A stretch of DNA of 60,524 bases. Source: a virus. Taxonomy: Duplodnaviria > Caudoviricetes. The number at the start of each line of letters is the position of its first letter. The first letter of the stretch is position 1. The translations under genes were made by a program, and so were the position numbers. Below, piece after piece: positions 19,247 through 28,340 of this stretch. The DNA lies in the IMG/VR virus record IMGVR_UViG_3300032156_000008, positions 1-60,524 of that record; one strand, 5' to 3'. Under the pieces are notes generated by a model. That model was given only the letters and a program-made list of their open reading frames with translations, searched no databases and was not told the origin of the DNA.

Positions 19247-19810
19247 TCATGGCCCCCTCCTCAGAATGGTCGCGCACCGAACCCGGTGGTTCGTCGACTG
19301 CGACAGCCCGATCGTGCCCGCGAGGGACCACCCGTCCGACTTGGACCATATCGGGATGACCGTGTCGAGCCAGACGAGATACCCGCCCGGCTCCACCGCC
19401 CCCGAGCACGCCCTGACGATCTTCCTCCTGTTGATCGGCGCGGTCCCGTAGCGGACGTGCTGACCCTCGTAGGGCGGGTCCGCGAGGACTAGGTCGAAGG
19501 CCGCCATGAGATCGCCGACCTCGGCCGCGTCCATCGCGAGGTCCGCCCCCGCCTCGGGCCGAATGTCCAGCGTCGTCTCGTGCTTGGTCGACTCGATCGA
19601 GCCCGAGAACAGGTGGAGGACTTGTCCGCGCCCGAACTCGTCGGGGAACAGGAGGCGCATCCTCTTGAGATACCCCGGCGGGTAGGTCCCGTAGAGCCTC
19701 GACCTGTTCCTGTAGTCCGCCCCGACGAGCCAGAACCCGCAGGCGACGCCGTTGTGCTCGACGAGCGGCGACAGCGGCCCCCGGCTGGCGTTATAGTGCT
19801 CGACGTTCAT
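19247..19810 (-). CDS. Small amino-DNA methyltransferase (DPPY type)
   Basis: LHLFSG (SAM-binding motif I), LDI, LADPPY (motif IV), PGG. Confidence 0.75.
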   Translation of the reverse strand: MNVEHYNASRGPLSPLVEHNGVACGFWLVGADYRNRSRLYGTYPPGYLKRMRLLFPDEFGRGQVLHLFSGSIESTKHETTLDIRPEAGADLAMDAAEVGDLMAAFDLVLADPPYEGQHVRYGTAPINRRKIVRACSGAVEPGGYLVWLDTVIPIWSKSDGWSLAGTIGLSQSTNHRVRCATILRRGP

Positions 19811-19944
19811 AGCCCCTCCGAGTCGGCGATCTGGAGGAGGTCCTCGACGAGCTGGTCGTCCGACCAGCACGCCATGCGCGAGAAGTCCTTCTTCCTCTGA
19901 TGCAGCCTCGTCGCGGTCTTTCTCTTTATCCTTATCCACACCAT
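19807..19944 (-). CDS. Ribbon-helix-helix-like small DNA-binding protein (45 aa)
   Basis: Manual translation MVWIRIKRKTATRLHQRKKDFSRMACWSDDQLVEDLLQIADSEGL; beta-strand then two helices; ATGA-coupled to the MTase. Confidence 0.55.
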   Translation of the reverse strand: MVWIRIKRKTATRLHQRKKDFSRMACWSDDQLVEDLLQIADSEGL

Positions 19945-20105
19945 CTACGTCAGCCTCGTCTGCTTAGTCTTCTTCCTCGTCGCCCTGACGTGTGGAGGGC
20001 AGTCTACCCCGCCCGGGCAGTCCCTCATGGACGTGCACCTGTCGGGCGCCAGCACGAGGTGCGGGCACGGCCTCTCGACGCGGGCGGACGCCTCCGACTT
20101 GGTGA

Positions 20106-20354
20106 CTACGCCGTTGCCTCTACGAGCCACACGGACCCCCTCGGCGAGCGCTGGGCGCCCACCCAGTGCACGATGCGAACCCCGTCGACGCCACGACTAG
20201 CGAGGCGCGCGACCCTCTGCCCGACCATCTTGTTCGTCATCCTCAGCCTGCGGGCGATAGCGCCCGTCGATATGAAGACCCTCCCCGCCGACGCGGCCTC
20301 CTGCTTCAGGAGGTTCTCGATCAGGAACGACGGATACGGGTCGGCCCTAGCCAT
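20106..20354 (-). CDS. Winged-helix/HTH protein
   Basis: STGAIARRLRMTNKMVGQRVARL. Confidence 0.55.
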   Translation of the reverse strand: MARADPYPSFLIENLLKQEAASAGRVFISTGAIARRLRMTNKMVGQRVARLASRGVDGVRIVHWVGAQRSPRGSVWLVEATA

Positions 20355-21405
20355 ACAGTCTCTCCACAATCCCCTGCGCGTAGTCGTGCCTGAGCTCGAT
20401 CGACACCGAGTTTCGCCCCAGCCTCTTGGCGACGGCCGCCACCGTGCCCGACCCGGCGAATGGGTCGAGGACCCACCCGTCGAGGGGGCAGCTCGACAGG
20501 ATAAGCGGCTCGACGAGGTCCTCGGGGAACGGCGCGACGTGCCCGCCGTAGCTCTTCGACGCGAGGTGGACAGTCCACACGGTGTCTCTCTGCCGTCCCT
20601 TGGGGTCTCCCCAGACGCGCTTCCCCTCGGAGAACTGAGATCCCCCTCTGATGCACCTCGGCTCGCCCCCGGCGTTCCTCACTCGAGGCTTGGTCTTGAG
20701 CGGGATTCTCGTCGCGTCGAGGTCGTAGTAGCACCGGGCGCTCTTCGTGAGCTGGAACACCTGCTCGTGAGCCCTAGTCGGGCGGTCGCGCACGGACTCG
20801 GGCTTGTGGTTCGGCTTGTGCCAGATGTTCTCCGAGCGCAGCCACCACCCGTCGTCCCTGAGCGCGAACGCCGTCATCCAAGGCACGCCTATGAGGTCCT
20901 TGTTCTTCAGCCCCACGACGCGGGTCAGTCGCGAGGAGAATCCCTGACGTCCCTCCTGCCCCTGTATGCCGGTGCGCCCCGACGGACCCTTGCCGCTCCC
21001 GCTGTAGCAGTCTCCGATAACGAGCCACAGGGTGCCCGACGGGCGCAGCGCCCCCCGCACCCCGCGGAAGGCCTCGACGAGCCTCTCCACGTAGGCCTCG
21101 GGGGTGGTCTCGGACCCGACCTCACTGCTCACGAAGACGGCGCCACACTTGGAGCACGACGGAGCAGGGTGAGAGTCCGGGAATCTCGCCTCCTTTGGGT
21201 TGGTCCCGGACCCTCCCCTACCTCTCCTCGACTTAATCGTGTCGTGCTCGCACTCGGGGTCGCCCCCGACCCACTCGCCGATGCCGTAGTTCCTGAGCCC
21301 GTAGTAGGGCGGCGAGGTGATGCAGCAGTCGATGGACTCGTCACCGATCATCGCCAGCCCGTCCATCACATCGCCCTCGATCACGACGTGCTCCGTCTCA
21401 GCCAT
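20347..21405 (-). CDS. DNA N4-cytosine/N6-adenine methyltransferase (beta class)
   Basis: TSPPY, IWHKPN..PESV.DRPT..HE, HVAPFP, LDPFAGSGT. Confidence 0.92.
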   Translation of the reverse strand: MAETEHVVIEGDVMDGLAMIGDESIDCCITSPPYYGLRNYGIGEWVGGDPECEHDTIKSRRGRGGSGTNPKEARFPDSHPAPSCSKCGAVFVSSEVGSETTPEAYVERLVEAFRGVRGALRPSGTLWLVIGDCYSGSGKGPSGRTGIQGQEGRQGFSSRLTRVVGLKNKDLIGVPWMTAFALRDDGWWLRSENIWHKPNHKPESVRDRPTRAHEQVFQLTKSARCYYDLDATRIPLKTKPRVRNAGGEPRCIRGGSQFSEGKRVWGDPKGRQRDTVWTVHLASKSYGGHVAPFPEDLVEPLILSSCPLDGWVLDPFAGSGTVAAVAKRLGRNSVSIELRHDYAQGIVERLYG

Positions 21406-23875
21406 CGTACACCTTCTCCAGCTCGCCCCAGCTCGGCCCCGTCTGAATCTCGACCGAGAACGGGACCTCCGTCTCGAATGGGACGTGATGCATCTTGTTC
21501 ACCGTCAGGTCCCTCGCCTCCCTGACCGCGCCCTCCGGCACCTGAAAGTAGAAGCCGTCGTGCACGTGCGGCCATAGAAGGACCGGGATTCTCCTCGCGT
21601 CCAGCTCGTCGACGACGGCCATATAGGCGAGCAGGGTCATGTCCGAGACGGCGGACTGGACGGGGAAGTTAACCGCCTGACGCTGGATCTCGGCGGCGTG
21701 CCTCCTGTCGATCACCAGAGGGAATCTCCTCTTGCGACCAAAGATGGTCGTGACCTCCCTCTCGCGCATGACGAGGGCGTGCTGCCGGGATATCCACCGC
21801 CTGACGCCGGGCATCATCGAGAAGAAATCCCTCATCATAACCTCCGCCTCCCGCGCCGTCACGCCCATCTGTGGCGCGATCGACTTGGCGCTCCGCCCAT
21901 AGATGAGGCCGAAGGTAATCGTCTTGGCCGCTCTCCTCTTAATCTCGCGCTCCTCGCCGGGCATCGCGTCGAGCTCGTCGTCGGTCAGCCTGAACAGGCG
22001 CTTGGAGATGGCGCGGTGAATGTCGTGCTCTCCGAGGGCGCGAATGAGGGACTTATCGCCGGCGAGGTGCGCGACCATCCGCACCTCCGCCTGACTGTAG
22101 TCTGCCGACACGATGCGGAACCCCGGGTCCGCGACGAAGATGCGCTTGATCTCCTTCCGTCGTGGCATGCCGTGGATGTTGGGGTCGGTCGAGGACAGGC
22201 GCCCCGTCCGCGTGCCGTGCAGTCGATACCGAGGCCGGATTCGGCCCTCGTGGTCCATCAGCCTGACGTAGCCGTCGTGGTAGGCGCCATACTGCTTGGC
22301 CAGCAGCCTGTGGCGCACCATCATCCTCGGGAACTCGTGCTGCTGGGCGAGCCACCACAGCATATACGTCCCCGTTGAGTGATCGCTGAGTCGCTTCGCC
22401 TGCGCCGTCCGCCAGAACTCCTGCGCGTCCTCGTCGGCGATATCGGCGGTCAGTACCGCCACCACGTCGGGGGCGATCACCCCGTCCGCCGCCGCCCCGG
22501 GCATCGGCGCGAGCCCGAGGGTATCGTAGAGGAACTCACGGACCTGCTTCGACGAGCGGAGGTTCAGGCCCTCGGCGCCGGGGTAGGCGTGCAGCCCCTC
22601 CTCGATCTGAAGGATCTCCGCCATCCACCTCTTGCCCGCGTCCTTGAGGTAGTCGGCATCGACGAGCATGCCGTCCCTCTCGAAGCGGATGAACAGTCTC
22701 GCCGCGGGCAGTAGGATGCGATCGTGGACCGCCGTCACGCCCTCCTCCTCCATGGCCTCTCGCAGGAGGAACTTCAGTCGGTGCGTGTAGTAGGCATCGG
22801 CCCCGTTGTAGCGCATAACGGTGTCGCGGAAGTCGGGGTCGTCGCGCCACTGCTCGACGGTGAGCTCCAGAGGGAGCTTCCTCCCGTCCTCGTCGGTGCG
22901 TCTGAGTTCGGCGTCATATTCGGGGGCCGCGAAGGCCGCGGTCGCGAGCTTCTTCAGCCCGTGGCTTCCTCTCCTCTCGTCGACGCAGTAGTGGGCCAGC
23001 ATGGTGTCGAAGACGAGGCCGGCCGGGACTCCGTTGGCCCACAGCCACCCGAGATCAAACTGGCAGTTGTGGAACACGCCCTCGCAGCCGTCCATCGCGC
23101 CCGCGACTAGTCCGCGCATCCGCTCGTCGGCCCACACCCAGTCGAGGACCATGACCTGATCGGGCTCTGGCCCCTCGCCCCACGCGAACGCGGACGACAG
23201 GATGGAGCCCTCGTCGGGGTGCAGTCCCTCCGTCTCGAGGTCGATGGAGACCTCTCCGCCCTCCTTCAGTCGAGCCAGCAGGGCGCGGAACGTCGGCTTG
23301 CTGCGGACCATGACGAACTGATCGTAGGGCGGCTCGACGACGGGCTCGACGCCCCCCGCCGATATGCGCTGGGCGAGGGCCACGTCGTTGACGAGGTCCC
23401 TGAATCCGTCCGGAGCCCGCAGGATGCCCGCGGGGTGCAGGCTGGGGACGACGCCGCACACCTCGGTCTCGACGTATATCCCGCGTCTCTTTGTGATCCC
23501 CGTCGCGCCACCGAGGAGGGAGTTTAGGGCCGTGTTCCCGAGGGCCATGATAACCCTCGGCTGGACGGTCTCCAGCTCCTCTATTAGCCTACTGTGGCAG
23601 GCGTTGACCTCATTCCTCTTCGGCGTCCTGTTGCCCGGCGGGCGGCACAGGCAGGCGTTGGTGTAGTAGACGCGGGACGTGTCCACCCCGAGCCCCGATA
23701 GGATCTCGCGCAGGAGGCGGCCGGCGCGCCCGACGAACGGCTCGCCCTGCTCCAGCTCCTCCAGCCCCGGGGCCTCTCCGACGAAGGCGATGTCGGGCCT
23801 GCGACTGCACCCGCTCGGCGGAACGAGCTTCGCCCTGTCGAGGGTGCAGCTATCGCAGTCCCCACACGTAGTCAT
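21398..23875 (-). CDS. polA: Family A DNA polymerase with an N-terminal family-4 uracil-DNA-glycosylase domain and 3'-5' exonuclease
   Basis: GEAPG, PFVGRAG, CRPPGNR, HPA (UDG4); DLET, HN..FD, YN..D (exo); TGRLSS, ADYSQAEVR, RRAAKTITFGLIYG, VHD. Start at ATG 23875 after GGAGGTGG. Confidence 0.95.
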   Translation of the reverse strand: MTTCGDCDSCTLDRAKLVPPSGCSRRPDIAFVGEAPGLEELEQGEPFVGRAGRLLREILSGLGVDTSRVYYTNACLCRPPGNRTPKRNEVNACHSRLIEELETVQPRVIMALGNTALNSLLGGATGITKRRGIYVETEVCGVVPSLHPAGILRAPDGFRDLVNDVALAQRISAGGVEPVVEPPYDQFVMVRSKPTFRALLARLKEGGEVSIDLETEGLHPDEGSILSSAFAWGEGPEPDQVMVLDWVWADERMRGLVAGAMDGCEGVFHNCQFDLGWLWANGVPAGLVFDTMLAHYCVDERRGSHGLKKLATAAFAAPEYDAELRRTDEDGRKLPLELTVEQWRDDPDFRDTVMRYNGADAYYTHRLKFLLREAMEEEGVTAVHDRILLPAARLFIRFERDGMLVDADYLKDAGKRWMAEILQIEEGLHAYPGAEGLNLRSSKQVREFLYDTLGLAPMPGAAADGVIAPDVVAVLTADIADEDAQEFWRTAQAKRLSDHSTGTYMLWWLAQQHEFPRMMVRHRLLAKQYGAYHDGYVRLMDHEGRIRPRYRLHGTRTGRLSSTDPNIHGMPRRKEIKRIFVADPGFRIVSADYSQAEVRMVAHLAGDKSLIRALGEHDIHRAISKRLFRLTDDELDAMPGEEREIKRRAAKTITFGLIYGRSAKSIAPQMGVTAREAEVMMRDFFSMMPGVRRWISRQHALVMREREVTTIFGRKRRFPLVIDRRHAAEIQRQAVNFPVQSAVSDMTLLAYMAVVDELDARRIPVLLWPHVHDGFYFQVPEGAVREARDLTVNKMHHVPFETEVPFSVEIQTGPSWGELEKVYDG

Positions 23876-24923
23876 AGTAGTCTCCACCTCCCAGTGTGCG
23901 CAGAGCTCCCCTTTGGACGCCATCGGATATGAGCCTGACGGGCACGCCGAGCCACGAGTGGATCTTCTCGGCGAGCTCGGACCAGTGGCACGACGTCGTG
24001 CGCCCCGTGCAGTCCACGAACGGGACCGAGCTGAGGTGCTCGGCGATGTCCATGTGAGTCACGGCGATCGAGTCGACGCCGTTCACCCAGCAGGCGCGAT
24101 GGATGGCTCGGAGGTCGAGGATACCGATGCGCCTCGGGCGCCCCGTCGTCGTGCCATACTCGTGGCCCTCCTCGCGAATATAGTTCTCGACGGCTGGCGC
24201 GAACGACTGGGTGAACGGCCCCGCGCCTATCCTCGTCGAGTAGGGCTTCATGACGCCCACGACGTGCCGAATCTTCCTCGGGTCGAACCCGCCGCCCGTG
24301 CCGACGGCGCCGATGCCGCACGACGACGACGTCACGTATGGGTAGGCTCCGTGGTCGATGTCGAGCTCGAATCCGTGGGCGATCTCGAACAGGATGCGAA
24401 ACCTCGCCTCGTGCTTCGACAACGCCATGAACGTCACGTCGACCATCCGCGCCCTCAGGGGTCCGTCCTCTGTACCCTCGAACCTGACGCCCACCCTGCG
24501 AGACTTATCCGCGTAGGCGGGACCATTGCCAGTCTTGGTCGTCCCGATCGCGAACTCTCCTCTGGCTCTCTCGGCGATGGCGTCCTCCTCTTTGTGGCGA
24601 GGGAGGATGAGATGAGCCGCTCTGTCTATGAAGAGCCTCTCCATGACATTGACCCCGAGGGCCTCGGCGTCTGCGATCTCCTTCTTCAGCTTCTCGACGT
24701 CGATCACCGCGCCCGGGCCGATGGCGAGGAGTGCCTTGGTGAAGACACCCGACGGGAGCTGGTGCACGGCGAAGGACCCTCCGCCCTCGAGCGGGATGGT
24801 GTGCCCGGCGTTCGCCCCGCCGTTCACCCTGACGACCATGTCCGCCTCCTGCGCCAGCCAGTCGACGACGCGGCCCTTGCCCTCGTCGCCCCACTGGAGC
24901 CCCATGACCGCGATCGCCGTCAC
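23850..24923 (-). CDS. purA: Adenylosuccinate synthetase-family protein (short PurA, variant)
   Basis: QWGDEGKG, NAGHT, IGTT..G.GPAY, LDIDHG.YPYVTS, TTGRPRRIG; EGAQG motif altered to EIAHG. Confidence 0.9.
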   Translation of the reverse strand: MTAIAVMGLQWGDEGKGRVVDWLAQEADMVVRVNGGANAGHTIPLEGGGSFAVHQLPSGVFTKALLAIGPGAVIDVEKLKKEIADAEALGVNVMERLFIDRAAHLILPRHKEEDAIAERARGEFAIGTTKTGNGPAYADKSRRVGVRFEGTEDGPLRARMVDVTFMALSKHEARFRILFEIAHGFELDIDHGAYPYVTSSSCGIGAVGTGGGFDPRKIRHVVGVMKPYSTRIGAGPFTQSFAPAVENYIREEGHEYGTTTGRPRRIGILDLRAIHRACWVNGVDSIAVTHMDIAEHLSSVPFVDCTGRTTSCHWSELAEKIHSWLGVPVRLISDGVQRGALRTLGGGDYYDYVWGLR

Positions 24924-25720
24924 TCGTAGGCCCCCCGGGCGACCACGGCCTTCCATCGTCTGAGGTTCGTCGCGAGTCTGTCCGCCCTCCAGAACCCGAC
25001 CGGCCCACCCTCCCCGGCCCTCTGCACCCTGACGTCCATCGGGGGGTCGAAGTCGAGGTCCACCCTCGGTCGCGGCGCCTCCCCGAGGACCAGCCCGGCC
25101 TGCGTGTATATGGCGGCGATGCCCGAGTCGCAGCCCCGTATGCGCCCGGGCAGTCTCTGCTCCGTCCGCCAGATCTCCGTCGGGTCGCTACCCAACACCC
25201 CGAGGAGGTGGAGATCGAGGTCGCTGTCGACGAGACCCGGGACGTTCTCGATGGCGTCGGCGCGACAGGCGACCTTGCCCTCGAGGAACTTGGTGATGCC
25301 CATCGCCGTGACTCCGTCCGTCACCTCCGCGGCCCTCAGCATGTGGGAGGCGCAGGAGATCCACTCCTCGAGGGTCTCTCCCTGCGGGATGGCCATCGTC
25401 TCGAACCCCGTGGACTTGTCCCACTGACTAACCGCCGAGCGGAACAGGGCGAGGGTCGCCCGCCTGTCGTTGATCGAGTCGGGCAGGCAGACCTGAGTCG
25501 GGTGGACGGCATCGGCGAGCGCGAACAGCTCCGCAGTCGGCTTGGCGAACCCGGTCTCGACGACGCCGTTGTCCATGAGGACGAAGTGCCCCATCTGCGC
25601 CTGAGCGACGAAGAAGTCTCGGTAGGCTCGGTGGTGCAGGAGGTGCGCGAGGCACATGTGGTAGTCGTCGCTGCCCACCAGAGGCAGGAACGGTATCGGC
25701 AGGATGGTGGCTACTCTCAT
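24920..25720 (-). CDS. TGT/DpdA-like TIM-barrel protein (putative 7-deazaguanine transglycosylase)
   Basis: LMDNGVVE, CLPD, AIPQG, LHLLG and RGCDS motifs resemble the TGT/DpdA fold; located in the que cluster. Confidence 0.65.
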   Translation of the reverse strand: MRVATILPIPFLPLVGSDDYHMCLAHLLHHRAYRDFFVAQAQMGHFVLMDNGVVETGFAKPTAELFALADAVHPTQVCLPDSINDRRATLALFRSAVSQWDKSTGFETMAIPQGETLEEWISCASHMLRAAEVTDGVTAMGITKFLEGKVACRADAIENVPGLVDSDLDLHLLGVLGSDPTEIWRTEQRLPGRIRGCDSGIAAIYTQAGLVLGEAPRPRVDLDFDPPMDVRVQRAGEGGPVGFWRADRLATNLRRWKAVVARGAYE

Positions 25721-27423
25721 ACGCCGCACGCCTCGCAGTAGACGCCCTCGCCCGACTTGTCCCGATACGCGGTGACGCCCTTGCACCCCTCGTCGTAGGC
25801 GAGGCGATAGATGATCTCGAAGTCCTCTGGCGTCGCCGCCTCGGGGAGGTTCACGGTCTTCGACACCGACGCGTCGACGAAGGCCTGAATCGCCGCCTGC
25901 ACGGAGACGTGCTCGAACGGCGTGACCTCCTTGGCCGAGACGAAGGCCGACGCGTGGGCCAGCGGGTGCTCCACGACGTGGCACCCGGTCGCGTCGGTCC
26001 TCGTGTATTTGGCCGCGAAGATCGGCTCGATGCCGCTCGACGCGCCCGCGAGGGTGCTGGTAGTCCCCGTGGGTGCCTGCGTCAGCAGGGTGAGATTGCG
26101 GATGCCATATTCGGCGATGGCGTTGCGGACGTACTCGGGCAGCGTCTGAGCGAACCCCGAGTCGAGGAGCTGGGGCGTGTACCCGGGCGCCGGCCCGAGC
26201 TCCTCGGCGAGGGACGCGCTCTTCATATACGCGGTGTCCCGTATGAACTCGTAGAGGTCGCCGATGAAGTCGATACTGCGCGAAGACCCATATCTGATGC
26301 CGTGCAGGATGAGTACGTCGGCGAGGCCCATCGTGCCGAGGCCCACCCGCCTGCACGCCGCCTGCTCCGCCGTTATGCGTGCGTCGACCGGGGCGCTCAC
26401 GTCGACGATGCGGTCGAGGAACTCGACGGCGTCGCCCACGCAGTCGCGCAGCGCCTCCTTGTCGAGCGCCCCCGCGGGCTCGTCCCAGAAGGCGGTGAGG
26501 TTGACGGCTCCGAGGTTGCAGCAGCCGTCCTCGGGCAGGGGCTGCTCCCCGCACGGATTGGTCCCGACGATGCGCCCGCGATACCACGTGTTCGACGCCC
26601 TGTGGCAGCGATCCATGAAGACGACCCCCGGGCTCCCGATGGCGTGCGCCGACTCGGCCATGTCCGCCCACATCATCGACGCGGGCAGGCAGTCGTGCTC
26701 CTCGACGTCGCCGCTCCAGACGTGGTTTCCACCGCACCAGTCGCGGTTGTAGTTCGGGTCGTCGGTCCTCGGAAAGATGGTGTGCCAGTCGCGCCCGGCC
26801 GCGAGCGCCCCCATGAAGGCGTCGGAGATACCGAGGGAGAAGTTGGCCCTCAGAAATCTCGCGCGGGTCCGCGCGAAGTCGGGCGCGTCGGGGTGCCAGT
26901 CGTCGAGCATGAACATGAGGGCCGCCGTCCTCGAGCCGCCCTGACGGATCTGGTTGGACAGGGCGTCGGCCCCGCGCATCCAGCCGTTCGGCCCGGTCGA
27001 GTTGCCGTCGACGCCGCGAATGTAGGCGCCGGCCGGCCTGAGGGCGGACCAGTTGATGCCCACGCCGCCCCCTCTGGCGTTGATCTCCACCATCCTCGTC
27101 ATCATCCGCATGATCGCCACTCTGCTGTCGCACCCGTGGTGGCCCGTCGGGTCGCGGGGGCCGATGACGAAGCAGTTATAGAGGGTGGCCGACGCCTTGC
27201 CCCCGGCCCCGGCCAGTATGCGCCCACCGGGGACGAAGGCGAACTCCCCCATCCAGTCGGAGAACCTGCCGGCCTGCTCGGGGTCGCGGGCCACCGCGTT
27301 GCAGACGCGGGCCACGGTCTCCCCGTAAGAGGTCTCGAGCTCGCGCCCGTCTGGTCTCTTTAGCGCGTATCGGTCGAGGAAGACCTTGTGGCGATGCCCG
27401 TCGTACTCGAAGATCTGGTGCAT
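25717..27423 (-). CDS. nrdJ: Ribonucleotide reductase, class II (B12-dependent)
   Basis: PGGRIL, NCFV, GGGVG, TNPCGEQPL, CNLG, GLG.MG, APTGT, SKTVN; no beta subunit seen. Confidence 0.9.
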   Translation of the reverse strand: MHQIFEYDGHRHKVFLDRYALKRPDGRELETSYGETVARVCNAVARDPEQAGRFSDWMGEFAFVPGGRILAGAGGKASATLYNCFVIGPRDPTGHHGCDSRVAIMRMMTRMVEINARGGGVGINWSALRPAGAYIRGVDGNSTGPNGWMRGADALSNQIRQGGSRTAALMFMLDDWHPDAPDFARTRARFLRANFSLGISDAFMGALAAGRDWHTIFPRTDDPNYNRDWCGGNHVWSGDVEEHDCLPASMMWADMAESAHAIGSPGVVFMDRCHRASNTWYRGRIVGTNPCGEQPLPEDGCCNLGAVNLTAFWDEPAGALDKEALRDCVGDAVEFLDRIVDVSAPVDARITAEQAACRRVGLGTMGLADVLILHGIRYGSSRSIDFIGDLYEFIRDTAYMKSASLAEELGPAPGYTPQLLDSGFAQTLPEYVRNAIAEYGIRNLTLLTQAPTGTTSTLAGASSGIEPIFAAKYTRTDATGCHVVEHPLAHASAFVSAKEVTPFEHVSVQAAIQAFVDASVSKTVNLPEAATPEDFEIIYRLAYDEGCKGVTAYRDKSGEGVYCEACGV

Positions 27424-28340
27424 CAGCGATACCCCTTGTCCCACATCGTGCGGGCGAGGTCCGCCACCATCATCGCCCTGTTCGCCACGTCGGCGGCCTC
27501 GGCGATCACGGCGTCTCGCTTCTCGGCCGTGGCGGGGCCGTCGATGAATCTTCGGACGGCGTCTCCGAGCTCGCGATACTCGGCGTCCACCTCGCCGAGG
27601 AGGACGTTCAGCCCCTCCCCGAGCCACCCGCCCTTCGAGGCTCTGGCGAGCAGCTTCGTCTCCATGTGGCCGTAGAACCAGAGGAGCGTACCCCTGTCGA
27701 TCGCGAACTGCGGGTATCTCCACCTGACCGGGAGCCCGAGCCGCCACGCCAGACGGATCTCCTCCGACGTGCTATGCCCGACGTAGCCGTCGACGTTCAC
27801 GACGTAGATAGAATCGCTCATGCGTATCTTCGCCTTGTGGAGTGCGTCGAAGGCGGCCTTCTCGGCGGCGTCGGGCGCCCACTCCTCGGCGTGCGGAAAT
27901 CCACCGACGGAGAGGACTGCCTTGCCCTCCCTCTCCAGCTGGAGTATGGCCTGCTCCGTCGCGGCCTTGAATCTCGTCGAGCCGCACACGGTCACGACCT
28001 CGGGCCTGCTGGCCTCCCCTCTGGTGACCATCGCCCCGTGGCGGTCGTCCTCGTTGACGGTCACGGCGTCGGCCCTCGGCGTCGAGTCGAGGATGGCGAG
28101 GGCGATGCTCTCGCAGGACATGTCGCCGAACTCGCCGAACGGCGCCATCGCGTCGAGGGCCGCGTCGAGCTCCTCTCTCAGGCTGTGCAGCTCGATCTCT
28201 CTCTCAGGGCCTCCGACGCTGACGGCTATGCCGACCTCGAACTCGTGGTGGTGGCGCTCCCTGAGGTATGACCTCGTGTCGGGCGCCCCGGGCCAGCGGT
28301 GGAACCCGTCCTTCTTCGTGGATACCTGTAGTCTAATCAT
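27423..28340 (-). CDS. Three-domain fusion: QueD-like (DpdL-like) T-fold + nucleoside 2-deoxyribosyltransferase-like + MazG-like
   Basis: GFHRWPGAP..YLRERHHHEF...REIE...MSCE...EDD..GA; then VCGSTRF...HKAKIRMSD...GYVGHST..EI; then METKL...EVDAEYREL...EAADVAN.AMM. Confidence 0.7.
   Translation of the reverse strand: MIRLQVSTKKDGFHRWPGAPDTRSYLRERHHHEFEVGIAVSVGGPEREIELHSLREELDAALDAMAPFGEFGDMSCESIALAILDSTPRADAVTVNEDDRHGAMVTRGEASRPEVVTVCGSTRFKAATEQAILQLEREGKAVLSVGGFPHAEEWAPDAAEKAAFDALHKAKIRMSDSIYVVNVDGYVGHSTSEEIRLAWRLGLPVRWRYPQFAIDRGTLLWFYGHMETKLLARASKGGWLGEGLNVLLGEVDAEYRELGDAVRRFIDGPATAEKRDAVIAEAADVANRAMMVADLARTMWDKGYR

Noticed and set aside
23850-24923. Canonical PurZ / Z-genome
   Set aside because: GDEGKG keeps the Asp and TTGRxRR is PurA-like; PurZ has Ser at that position.
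21398-27423. Inteins or introns in polA or nrdJ
   Set aside because: Lengths are compact and no splice motifs or homing endonuclease are visible.
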